A stretch of DNA of 64,000 bases from an uncultured Candidatus Saccharibacteria bacterium (GCA_964493485.1 CAZBMQ010000005.1:3832-67831), one strand, 5' to 3'; shown: positions 34,450 to 42,696, numbered from the stretch's first letter. The notes: generated by a model not told the origin, from the letters alone. Made by a program: numbers and translations.

Positions 34450-34756
34450 TTTTTATTTTTTTTACATAAATCATTATCTAATTGTTAACATTCTATCTAC
34501 AGAGATTATTTAATCTCTATGCATATGTAATAGTTATGCATAATAATATATCCTTTGTCAAGAGGGTGCGTAATGTATAACGATGTAATATTTCATATTA
34601 TATTATCCCGCCTGGGAAATCTTATAAAACGATCAAAGAAATGTTATATTTTAAATGGATACCTATCGAGACTTAGTTCAACAAAGAGCTTATAAAGTTT
34701 ATAGTCCGGTTCGAAACGATAAACAACCATACCAATAATATTATTTTTATAATAAA

Positions 34757-35116
34757 ATGCATTTAGTTGATGAATTATTCCGAGAAATTAAAGCTTTAGG
34801 ATATCTCAAAGACCTTAATAATTATCCTCTTAGCAAACGTTGGAAGAAATTAGATGAAATTGTTAAAAAGCTTAATATCTTTAAATCAGAAATGAGTAAT
34901 CTTTCTAGTGATGAACAGCTTTATTTAGCTTTTAAGATTCAGGAAAAAGGAGTTAATATGGGGCTTTGTCCCCATTTTTATATCTTCTTTTCCAACAAAT
35001 ATGAAAAGTTTCACCATACTTGCAAAGCCCTAAATAAACAAAGAGTATATTGCAAAGGTACAAATAAGAAGAAATGCCTTCTGAAAAAATTAGATAAAAT
35101 AAAAAAGGAAAAATAA
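34757..35116 (+). CDS. Hypothetical 119-aa protein with C-terminal Cys/His cluster
   Basis: Clean ORF. Its Cys/His cluster is CPHF....HHTC.........C.......C. I recognised no family. Confidence 0.45.
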   Translation: MHLVDELFREIKALGYLKDLNNYPLSKRWKKLDEIVKKLNIFKSEMSNLSSDEQLYLAFKIQEKGVNMGLCPHFYIFFSNKYEKFHHTCKALNKQRVYCKGTNKKKCLLKKLDKIKKEK

Positions 35117-35263
35117 TTTATTCGGGCTAAAAAAAGAAACTAAATTAGCTTGCAAGTATAAATCAAATTCATTGAATGCATTAGTGTAAAGAATATACAC
35201 TCTTTTTTTATTTATAAATACTGGTATAATTTACTAAAAAAAGTATTTTGTTCTCAAAAATTA

Positions 35264-35291
35264 TTGACAATTGTGTTGCTTTAACTACAAT
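35264..35291 (+). promoter_or_regulatory. Sigma70-type promoter of the HTH-Nudix gene
   Basis: TTGACA 35264-35269, a 16-nt spacer, then TACAAT 35286-35291. The palindrome ACAATTGT at 35267-35274 overlaps the -35 element. Confidence 0.6.
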
Positions 35292-35333
35292 TACAATTGC
35301 CACTAAATTTATGTTATACATTCCACCTCTATT

Positions 35334-36146
35334 ATGAAGCAAATTTGGTTATTAAAATCAAAAACAAGAGAAAAAATTTTACGATTTTTCTTTAAAAATA
35401 AAGAAAAAAAATATTATCTAAGAGAATTGGAAAAAATTCTTAAAATTCCGGTGGGAAATATCCGCCGAGAGCTTATTTCTTTAAAGGAATTAGGACTCTT
35501 CAAACAAAAAAAGACGGGAAATTTAATGTATTATTCTTTAAATAAAGATTCTCCTTTTTTTGAAATTATTGAAAAGATTATTTCAATAAGTACTCCGAAA
35601 AAGAAAAAAACTTCACCAGAAAAATTTAAAAAAGAAAATAGTTTAATACTTATTAAAAAGGAGGAATTAGATTTATTAAAATCTAAAATAAATGAATTAG
35701 AAAATATTTTTAAAACTCTCTCTGTAAAGCACTCAGAAACAAAAGATCTTCTCAATCTAGGAATAGTTGTAAATGAACACGGAAAAGTTTTATTGGTAAA
35801 ACGAATAAAAGAAGAGATGGGAAAAAATAAATCAATTTTAACATGGGCTTTTCCAGGAGGAAGACAAAAGCCCAATGAAACTCGCAGAGAATGTGTGTCT
35901 AGATCAGTTTTAAGCGAAACTGGCTATAAAATAAAGCCAATTATGGAAATTTCTTTAAGATCTCACCCTCAATTTCCAGTTTTTATTGTTTATCATCTTT
36001 GTAGATTAGTCTCGTCAAAACCAGTAGCAAAACCAAAAGAACCTCATGAAATAGCGGAGATAAAATGGGTGAACCCAGAAGAGATTAAAAAAATGTTCAC
36101 CACTAATTTTGATGCTAAGGTTAAAAAAGAGCTTGGTTTAGATTAA
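35334..36146 (+). CDS. Winged-HTH (ArsR-like) - NUDIX fusion protein
   Basis: The N-terminal REKILRFFFKN...YYLRELEKILKIPVGNIRRELISLKELGLF is a wHTH. The C-terminal Nudix box is GGRQKPNETRRECVSRSVLSETGY. Confidence 0.65.
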   Translation: MKQIWLLKSKTREKILRFFFKNKEKKYYLRELEKILKIPVGNIRRELISLKELGLFKQKKTGNLMYYSLNKDSPFFEIIEKIISISTPKKKKTSPEKFKKENSLILIKKEELDLLKSKINELENIFKTLSVKHSETKDLLNLGIVVNEHGKVLLVKRIKEEMGKNKSILTWAFPGGRQKPNETRRECVSRSVLSETGYKIKPIMEISLRSHPQFPVFIVYHLCRLVSSKPVAKPKEPHEIAEIKWVNPEEIKKMFTTNFDAKVKKELGLD

Positions 36147-36222
36147 GCCTTATAAAAAATAAACAAAAATATAAAAGCTTTTAAGAAAGCTTTTTTTATT
36201 TTTCAAAAAAAACAAAAAACAC

Positions 36223-36251
36223 TTGACAGGAAATTATAAATTGAATACAAT
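36223..36251 (+). promoter_or_regulatory. Sigma70-type promoter of the GAF-protein gene
   Basis: TTGACA 36223-36228, a 17-nt spacer, then TACAAT 36246-36251. The palindrome TACAATTGTA at 36246-36255 overlaps the -10 element. Confidence 0.6.
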
Positions 36252-36276
36252 TGTAGCAGAAAATGACTACAAAGAT

Positions 36277-37152
36277 ATGAAAAGAATTAATGTTTCTAAA
36301 TTAATAGAAACAAAACTAATGTCTAAAAAATTTTTAGTTTTTTTACTATTTTTTCTTAGTATTATCTTCATAGGATATCTGATAGCTTTTATTTCTACTC
36401 GTTATTTTTTGAATACTGGCCAAATAAGAATATTAATTTTGCTTTCTGCTATAATATTATTCCAACTTACTAAATTTTATAATGAAATGACTAGAACATA
36501 TTTCTATCTTAATTTTTTAGATAAAAAAATCATCTTCCCTAATTTTAAAAAAGAAATACAACATATTTTAGAAATGAAAATTTTCTCTTCTTTAATTACA
36601 AATACTCTTAAAAATGCTTTCAAAACAGAGAATATAGTTATTTTAGTTAAAAATTTCCGTAAAGAGAAATTTAATATCAAGAAAATATCAGGATATAGAA
36701 AGAAAGAAATTAAAAAGCTTTTAAACAAAGAATTATTTTTCTCGGTTATGCCAAAAATAAAAAAGCCTTTTATTGTTCAAGAAATTTCTAAATCTCTTAA
36801 TAAATACAAGAATAGGGAAGAATTAATAAGTCTTAAAAATAAATTAAAAGAACTAAAAATAGAGGTGGTAACACCTCTATTTTTTAAAGATAAATTAATA
36901 GGAATAATCTTAATAGGACAGAAAAAATCTTCAGAAGCTTTCACTAAAGGAGATATGGAGTTGTTGACAACCTTTTCTAAACAAGCATCAATTGCTTTAA
37001 GAAATACACTGTTATATGGGGAAGTTAAAAAGAGGAAAAAAGAATTAGAAAGGTTTTACAGAATGACGGTTGACAAAGAGATCATGATTTTAGAGCTTAA
37101 AAAGAGAATATTAGGATTAGAAGAAAAACTCAAAGAAAAGAAAAATTTTTAA
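36277..37152 (+). CDS. Membrane-anchored GAF-like sensor protein ending in a coiled-coil signalling helix, no output domain
   Basis: It has two or three N-terminal TM segments and a GAF-like core (PLFFKDKLIGIILIGQKK...FTKGDMELLTTFSKQASIALRN). The C-terminus is ELERFYRMTVDKEIMILELKKRILGLEEKL. The start is set at ATG 36277 because the ORF-track start overlaps the promoter. Confidence 0.55.
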   Translation: MKRINVSKLIETKLMSKKFLVFLLFFLSIIFIGYLIAFISTRYFLNTGQIRILILLSAIILFQLTKFYNEMTRTYFYLNFLDKKIIFPNFKKEIQHILEMKIFSSLITNTLKNAFKTENIVILVKNFRKEKFNIKKISGYRKKEIKKLLNKELFFSVMPKIKKPFIVQEISKSLNKYKNREELISLKNKLKELKIEVVTPLFFKDKLIGIILIGQKKSSEAFTKGDMELLTTFSKQASIALRNTLLYGEVKKRKKELERFYRMTVDKEIMILELKKRILGLEEKLKEKKNF

Positions 37153-37256
37153 AGAAGCCAAACTTCTTTATTTGAAGTTTTTAGAATAAACTGACAGATG
37201 GGGTATAATTTAATAAATCTATAGAAAGTTTGTTTGGACTCAAAAAGGTAATTTAT

Positions 37257-37505
37257 ATGGCAAAAAGAAGAGTTAGAATATATACAATAAAAATTTTTTG
37301 TGCTAATTGCAAAACTTTACTCTATAAATATCAAAAAGAAGGTCCTGGATATCTGCTAAAGTGCTATAAAGATAGAATTACTAAAGATTATACGAATAAA
37401 GATTTAAAGTGTCCAAAATGCAGAGTTCAATTTGCCAAAGAAGCAATAATTCATGGAAGACCAGCTAATAAAATAATCCAAGGAAAAGTATATGTCAGGA
37501 GATAA
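37257..37505 (+). CDS. Small zinc-ribbon protein (82 aa)
   Basis: It carries CANC....CPKC. The start is set at ATG 37257 (MAKRRVRIY), and a hairpin terminator follows at 37533-37565. Confidence 0.5.
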   Translation: MAKRRVRIYTIKIFCANCKTLLYKYQKEGPGYLLKCYKDRITKDYTNKDLKCPKCRVQFAKEAIIHGRPANKIIQGKVYVRR

Positions 37506-37737
37506 ATAAGAAATCGAAACCTTCTTTTTCATCAGCTCGCCAATAGAGGAGCTGGTTTAATTTTGTCGGAAGTCACCAGACAAAATAAATATTCAATTTT
37601 TATCTTAAAAACAGCAAAAATTTAAGCTTGTGGATAACTTTTGTCGGAAATTATTGACAGAAAAATGGAAAAATAGCTATTATAAAAATAGCTATTAAAA
37701 AGAAAAAATGGGAAAAATTCCCATTAGAGATAAGAGG

Positions 37738-38358
37738 TTAGGAATCTATTACGAAAAATTTATAAAGCATTGGATTGGTCTTCTGAAGTTTCTTTTCTCC
37801 TGATGGGATATCTATAAAAGCTGGAATTGTCTTAGATCCTTCGTAAAATTGAGGAGGACCAATTATCTTGACTTCAAAAAGTTTATTAAGTAAAGAAAAA
37901 AGTCTAAAATCAGCTGCCATAAGTATACCTGTTATATCATTTTTTCTAACGCATCGATACGCTGCCCTCATTAACATAAGCGAAGGAATATGTTTCGCTC
38001 TCTTACTGCGGAATTCTTGGACTAAAGTGAATAAAGTAAACTCAGCTGAATTTTTATCAAAATCTTTTATTATCTTAAAATCTTTTATAACTGGTAAATC
38101 AATTTCTTGATTAGGAAAGATAACTCTGATCGTTCCTATAGGATTAGAGTTAAAATATAAAATAAAATCTCTTGAATATTTATCGTATAAGCTATAGTGT
38201 TTCCTTATATCTTCGAATGTCTTATCTCTGCCAATATACCCTTCGTCTATCCAGATTTTTATCCATAAATTTTTGAATGTTTTCTCTTCTTCTTTATTCC
38301 TCACCTCTTTTATAGAATAATTTTCAAAATTAAATATTCCCTTGGGAATAATCATCAC
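37738..38358 (-). CDS. GNAT-fold N-acyltransferase resembling N-acyl amino acid synthases / autoinducer (LuxI-like) synthases
   Basis: The 206-aa pattern (W..IW..EGY......D.YD...........P.GTIRVI.........E..LF.V...R..........L..A.....GI...MA......L......IGP...Y.GS...PAFIDI) matches my recollection of the Acetyltransf_5 / LuxI-like layout. This is not verified. Confidence 0.45.
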   Translation of the reverse strand: MMIIPKGIFNFENYSIKEVRNKEEEKTFKNLWIKIWIDEGYIGRDKTFEDIRKHYSLYDKYSRDFILYFNSNPIGTIRVIFPNQEIDLPVIKDFKIIKDFDKNSAEFTLFTLVQEFRSKRAKHIPSLMLMRAAYRCVRKNDITGILMAADFRLFSLLNKLFEVKIIGPPQFYEGSKTIPAFIDIPSGEKKLQKTNPMLYKFFVIDS

Positions 38359-38419
38359 CTCAATTACAACCCCAAAAAATTTATAAAGTTCTTATTATGT
38401 TGTATAATAAAAAATAATA

Positions 38420-38848
38420 ATGAAAAAGTCAAATGAACAAAAAAAAATATTTGGGTACCATTTAGCTTTAGATCTTTATTGTTGTAATCCAGATAAAATA
38501 AGGAGGATAGAATATGGATATTCTTTTCTTAATGATATTCCTAAAGTAATAGAAACAGATATTCAATCTCCTCCATTTATTGTCTATAAAAAAAATATTG
38601 GCTTTGCTGGATGGATTCCAGTTGTAGATTCAGGAATCTCGCTATATGTCTTTTTCCCTAACAATTTTGTCTCAGTAGATATATATACTTGTAAAAAATT
38701 CAATCCTTTAGAAATCAAAAGTTTTACTATAAATCTTTTCCAACCCCAAAAAATAAGAGAATACTATTTTTTAAGAGGGAAAGAATATGTACCACCTATG
38801 GAATTATTGAAAATAAAAGAAAATATAAAATGTCAGCAAAAAAAATAA
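38420..38848 (+). CDS. S-adenosylmethionine decarboxylase (SpeD/SpeH, class 1)-like protein, copy 1, non-canonical cleavage motif
   Basis: GYHLALDLYCC, GFAGWIPVVDSGISLYVFFP, and VSVDIYTC align with SpeD G.H...(E/D).Y.C / GVSGVV.ISESH(L/I)TIHT.PE / A.ID.(Y/F)TC. The ESH triad is replaced by DSG. Confidence 0.6.
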   Translation: MKKSNEQKKIFGYHLALDLYCCNPDKIRRIEYGYSFLNDIPKVIETDIQSPPFIVYKKNIGFAGWIPVVDSGISLYVFFPNNFVSVDIYTCKKFNPLEIKSFTINLFQPQKIREYYFLRGKEYVPPMELLKIKENIKCQQKK

Positions 38849-39261
38849 TAAAAAGAAAAAATAATGAATTCTTTGGAGATTATCTAATGTTAGATCTCTA
38901 TGATTGTAAACCCGAAACAGTGGGAAATTTAAAAATCTGCTATTCTTTTCTAGACACACTTCCAAAAATATTAGGTGTAAATAAATTGTCTCAACCTTTT
39001 TTAATATATACAGATGAAAAAAAATATCCAGATAAAGCAGGGCTAAGCGGATGGATTCCTCTTTTCTCTTCAGATAATAAAACTTTCTCAGGAGCTTCTA
39101 TTCACACCTTAACGCCAACGAATTTTATCTCTATCGACATCTATAGCTGTAAAAAAATTAATTATAGCGAAATAAAAAGATTTATTATTAAAATCTTTAA
39201 ACCAAAAAAGGTTGAAGAGAAACATCTTTTAAGAGGAAAAGAATATAAGAGTTTTCAATAA
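38830..39261 (+). CDS. S-adenosylmethionine decarboxylase-like protein, copy 2, with insertion at the cleavage region
   Basis: It has GDYLMLDLYDC, GLSGWIPLFSSDNKTFSGASIHTLTP and ISIDIYSC. It shares the same fold signature as copy 1, with an extra SSDNKTF segment and GAS in place of SES. It overlaps copy 1 by 19 nt. Confidence 0.55.
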   Translation: MSAKKIIKRKNNEFFGDYLMLDLYDCKPETVGNLKICYSFLDTLPKILGVNKLSQPFLIYTDEKKYPDKAGLSGWIPLFSSDNKTFSGASIHTLTPTNFISIDIYSCKKINYSEIKRFIIKIFKPKKVEEKHLLRGKEYKSFQ

Positions 39262-39262
39262 G

Positions 39263-40873
39263 ATGTTCCCTCTAGAATTCGCTCTCCATATCTTTGCCCA
39301 AACAGTAATTTTATTTTTGGGCATTTTTGTATTGGTAAACAACCCTAAGAAAAAAACAAATCAAGTTTTTTTTCTATTTATTCTTTCTGTAATATTTTGG
39401 GTATCTTGTGTTTTTCTGGCTGATTTTTTAAAAAACTATCACAAAGTAATGTTCTGGACAAAAATGTCTATAATAGGCCCTGTATTTTCAGCTATATTTT
39501 TTTATTATTTTTCCTCAATTTTCCCTCAAAAAAATTTTGAAATTAGTAATAGAATTAAAATTTTAATATTCCTATCCATAATTCTCTTTCTAATCCTTTC
39601 TCCAACTTCTCTTAATATCAAAAATATTGAAATAAAAGAATGGGGAACAGATTTTACTCCTGGCCCTTTATACCTCCTTCTGTTTATCCATATAATTTTC
39701 TTTTTTGGTCTTGCCTTTAAAAATTTAAGAAAAAACTACATAACCGCTCAAGAAAAAATTCAAAAATATCAAATACTCTATCTTTCTGCTGCCTTTTCAA
39801 TAGGAGTTATTGTAGCAATGTTAACAAATATAATATTTCCTTTCTTAGGTTTTGCATATTTTTCAAAATATGGACCTTCTCTTTCAATACTTTTCTTTGT
39901 CTTAATAACCTCTATTGCTATATTAAAACACCATTTGCTCAATGTGAAAGTGATTCTTACAGAAGCTCTCGTTTTTCTCCTTATTAGTATATTAATTATT
40001 AAAATTCCTATTTCAAAAAATACCTCTGAATTAATATTTAATACAATTATCCTAGTATTAACTACTGTAGTTGGTTTAGGATTAATTAGAAGCGTAATTT
40101 GGGAAATAAAACGAAGAGAGGAAATAGAAAAAATAACTAATGACCTCAAGAAGGCGTATAAAAAATTACAGATATTAGATCAAGCAAAATCAGAGTTTAT
40201 TTCTATTGCATCACATCAGCTAAGAACACCACTTACTGCAATAAAAGGATATATCTCTTTAATCCAAGAAAAACTCTATGGCAGCCCACCGGCAAAAATG
40301 AAAAGGCCTTTAGAAAATATCTATATTTCTACTGAAAGACTGATAAAATTAGTGAATGATCTTTTAAGTATCTCAAGAATTGAAGCAGGAAAAATAAAAG
40401 CAGAGCTTGAAATCTCAGCTTTAGAAGATATAATTGATAGTGTAGTAGAAGAACTGAAGAATTTAGCCAAAGAAAAAGGACTCTATTTGAAATGGGAAAA
40501 ACCTAAAGAACCCTTGCCAAAACTTCTGTTAGACAAAGACAAAATAAGACAAGTAGTACTAAATGTAATTGATAATGCTATTCGTTATACAAAAAAAGGA
40601 GGAGTTGTGATAAAAGCTATATCAAAAGAAAATAGTTGTGTGATAGAAGTAAGAGATACTGGTCCTGGAATGACAGAAGAAGAAATATCCCGTTTGTTTG
40701 AGAGCTTCAGAAGAGGAAGTGCTGGTAAAAGAACTTGGACGGGAGGAGCCGGTTTAGGCCTGTATATTGCAAAGAAATTCTTAGATATGCATAATGGAAA
40801 AATCTGGGCTGAAAGCCCTGGAATAAACAAAGGATCTATCTTTTATATTGAAATACCTATTAAAAAACAGTAA
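39263..40873 (+). CDS. Sensor histidine kinase with large polytopic N-terminal membrane domain
   Basis: About 7-8 TM segments are followed by HisKA (FISIASHQLRTPLTAIKGY) and HATPase_c (N box VIDNAIRYT, G boxes DTGPGM and GGAGLGL). Confidence 0.85.
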   Translation: MFPLEFALHIFAQTVILFLGIFVLVNNPKKKTNQVFFLFILSVIFWVSCVFLADFLKNYHKVMFWTKMSIIGPVFSAIFFYYFSSIFPQKNFEISNRIKILIFLSIILFLILSPTSLNIKNIEIKEWGTDFTPGPLYLLLFIHIIFFFGLAFKNLRKNYITAQEKIQKYQILYLSAAFSIGVIVAMLTNIIFPFLGFAYFSKYGPSLSILFFVLITSIAILKHHLLNVKVILTEALVFLLISILIIKIPISKNTSELIFNTIILVLTTVVGLGLIRSVIWEIKRREEIEKITNDLKKAYKKLQILDQAKSEFISIASHQLRTPLTAIKGYISLIQEKLYGSPPAKMKRPLENIYISTERLIKLVNDLLSISRIEAGKIKAELEISALEDIIDSVVEELKNLAKEKGLYLKWEKPKEPLPKLLLDKDKIRQVVLNVIDNAIRYTKKGGVVIKAISKENSCVIEVRDTGPGMTEEEISRLFESFRRGSAGKRTWTGGAGLGLYIAKKFLDMHNGKIWAESPGINKGSIFYIEIPIKKQ

Positions 40874-40897
40874 AGAAATAATAAATACTCTAATACC

Positions 40898-41329
40898 ATG
40901 AAAAAGAAAGCCTGCAAATCAAAGAAGAAAACTATAAAGTCAAAAGAAAAAAGTTCTTCCAAAAAAAAGAAAATTCTCATTATTGAAGATGAAAAAATCT
41001 TGGCTGAAATGTATGACAATAAGTTTACCAAGGCTGGTTTTAAGGTAGTCTTGGCTTATGATTCAGAGGAGGGAATTAAAATAGCCAAAAAAGAAAAACC
41101 AGACTTAATAGTTTTAGATATACTTCTACCTAGTGAAAACGGAATTACATTCCTCAGCTGGTTGAAAAAAGATACAAAAATTTCCTCAATTCCTGTGGTA
41201 GTGTTTTCAAACTATGATGATCCTGAAACTAAAAAAGAGGCAGAAGAATTTGGAGTAAAAGATTACTTAATCAAAGCAAACTATACTCCTCAAGCGATTG
41301 TAAAAAAGATAAAATCATATCTTAAATGA
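40898..41329 (+). CDS. Receiver-only response regulator with lysine-rich N-terminal tail
   Basis: KILIIEDE, PDLIVLDILLP, and a conserved K (DYLIKA). There is no DNA-binding output domain. 143 aa. Confidence 0.8.
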   Translation: MKKKACKSKKKTIKSKEKSSSKKKKILIIEDEKILAEMYDNKFTKAGFKVVLAYDSEEGIKIAKKEKPDLIVLDILLPSENGITFLSWLKKDTKISSIPVVVFSNYDDPETKKEAEEFGVKDYLIKANYTPQAIVKKIKSYLK

Positions 41330-42696
41330 AAAGGGTTTTAAGTATTGAAACAATCAAATATCTAGGAAAAAAGATTAAAGTTGCAGGTTGGGTCAATTCC
41401 CGTCGAGACCATGGCGGGATAGTTTTTTTAGATCTCCGAGACGTATCCGGGCTTTTGCAGGTAGTTTGTCCAGCTAAATTAGCAGAAAATGTCAAAGAAG
41501 AATATGTCTTAGAAGTAGAAGGAATAATTGAAAAAAGACCACAAAACATGATTAATCCTGACTTGAAAACCGGAGAAATAGAACTCAAAGCAGAGAATAT
41601 AAAAGTCTTAGCAAAATCCCAAGCCCTGCCTTTTGATTTAAAGAATTTAAAATTACAGCTTCCAACACTTTTGGATTATCGGCCTTTAACATTAAGAAAC
41701 AACAAAATTAAAGCAATATTTAAAGTAGAAAATCAAATAATTTCCAGTTTTAGAAAAACAATGCAAGATTTGGGCTTTATAGAATTTCAAGCTCCCTCAA
41801 TCGTGCCTGTTGCTACTGAAGGTGGGGCTGAGCTATTTCATATTGATTATTTTGAATATGATGCGTATTTAGCCCAAAGCCCTCAATTATATAAACAGAT
41901 TATGGTGGGGGTGTTTGAAAAGGTTTTTACGCTAGCCCATGCTTATAGAGCAGAACCCAGCATGACAACCAGACACATAACTGAATATATAAGCTTGGAT
42001 GTAGAAATGGGATTTATTGATTCCTGGGAAGAATTAATGGAAGTCTGTGAAACTATAATGCGTAGTATTCTTTCCGATATTAAGAAAAATTGCAAGGAAG
42101 AGTTGAAAATGTTTAATGTCAAAATTCCAGATTCAATTCCAAAATTCCCCCGCATAAGAATGCGGGAGGCACAAGAAATTATATTTAAGAGGACGGGGAG
42201 AGATAACAGAAAAGAGCCTGATTTAGAACCCGAAGATGAAAAAGAAATATATAAATGGGCAAAAGAGGAATATAAATCTGACTTTATATTTATAACTCAT
42301 TATCCTACATCAAAGAGGCCTTTTTACACATATCCTGATCCTGAGAATCCAGAATATACTTTAAGTTTTGATCTTCTTTATAAAGGTTTGGAGATTGTCA
42401 CTGGCGGGCAGAGAATCAACGATTACAAAAAGCTTGTTGAAAATATTAAAAAATGGGGAAATAAAATAAAAGATTTTGAGTTTTATCTTCAGGCATTTAA
42501 ATATGGTATGCCCCCAGAAGGAGGCTTTGCTATTGGTGCTGAAAGGGTTGTAAAGCAATTATTAGATTTAGAAAATATAAAAGAAGCAAGTCTCTTCCCA
42601 AGAGATATGGGAAGGATTGACCAAAGGCTCTCTGTGTTATATCCTAAAAAAATCTCATCTATTAAGAAAGATAAAAAGAAAAAATCTCGTAAATAA
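41326..42696 (+). CDS. aspS: Aspartate--tRNA ligase (short archaeal/AspRS2 type, possibly non-discriminating)
   Basis: The OB-fold N-terminus is VAGWVNSRRDHGGIVFLDLRD. Class II motifs are FRAE-like (AYRAEPS) and GGFAIGAERV. 456 aa. Confidence 0.85.
   Translation: MKRVLSIETIKYLGKKIKVAGWVNSRRDHGGIVFLDLRDVSGLLQVVCPAKLAENVKEEYVLEVEGIIEKRPQNMINPDLKTGEIELKAENIKVLAKSQALPFDLKNLKLQLPTLLDYRPLTLRNNKIKAIFKVENQIISSFRKTMQDLGFIEFQAPSIVPVATEGGAELFHIDYFEYDAYLAQSPQLYKQIMVGVFEKVFTLAHAYRAEPSMTTRHITEYISLDVEMGFIDSWEELMEVCETIMRSILSDIKKNCKEELKMFNVKIPDSIPKFPRIRMREAQEIIFKRTGRDNRKEPDLEPEDEKEIYKWAKEEYKSDFIFITHYPTSKRPFYTYPDPENPEYTLSFDLLYKGLEIVTGGQRINDYKKLVENIKKWGNKIKDFEFYLQAFKYGMPPEGGFAIGAERVVKQLLDLENIKEASLFPRDMGRIDQRLSVLYPKKISSIKKDKKKKSRK

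Noticed and set aside
34552-34560. Minus-strand TTGACA (TGTCAA on the plus strand) as the promoter of the radical-SAM-like gene
   Set aside because: No acceptable -10 hexamer lies at 16-18 nt spacing; the candidates are at 10 or 23 nt. It is left unannotated.
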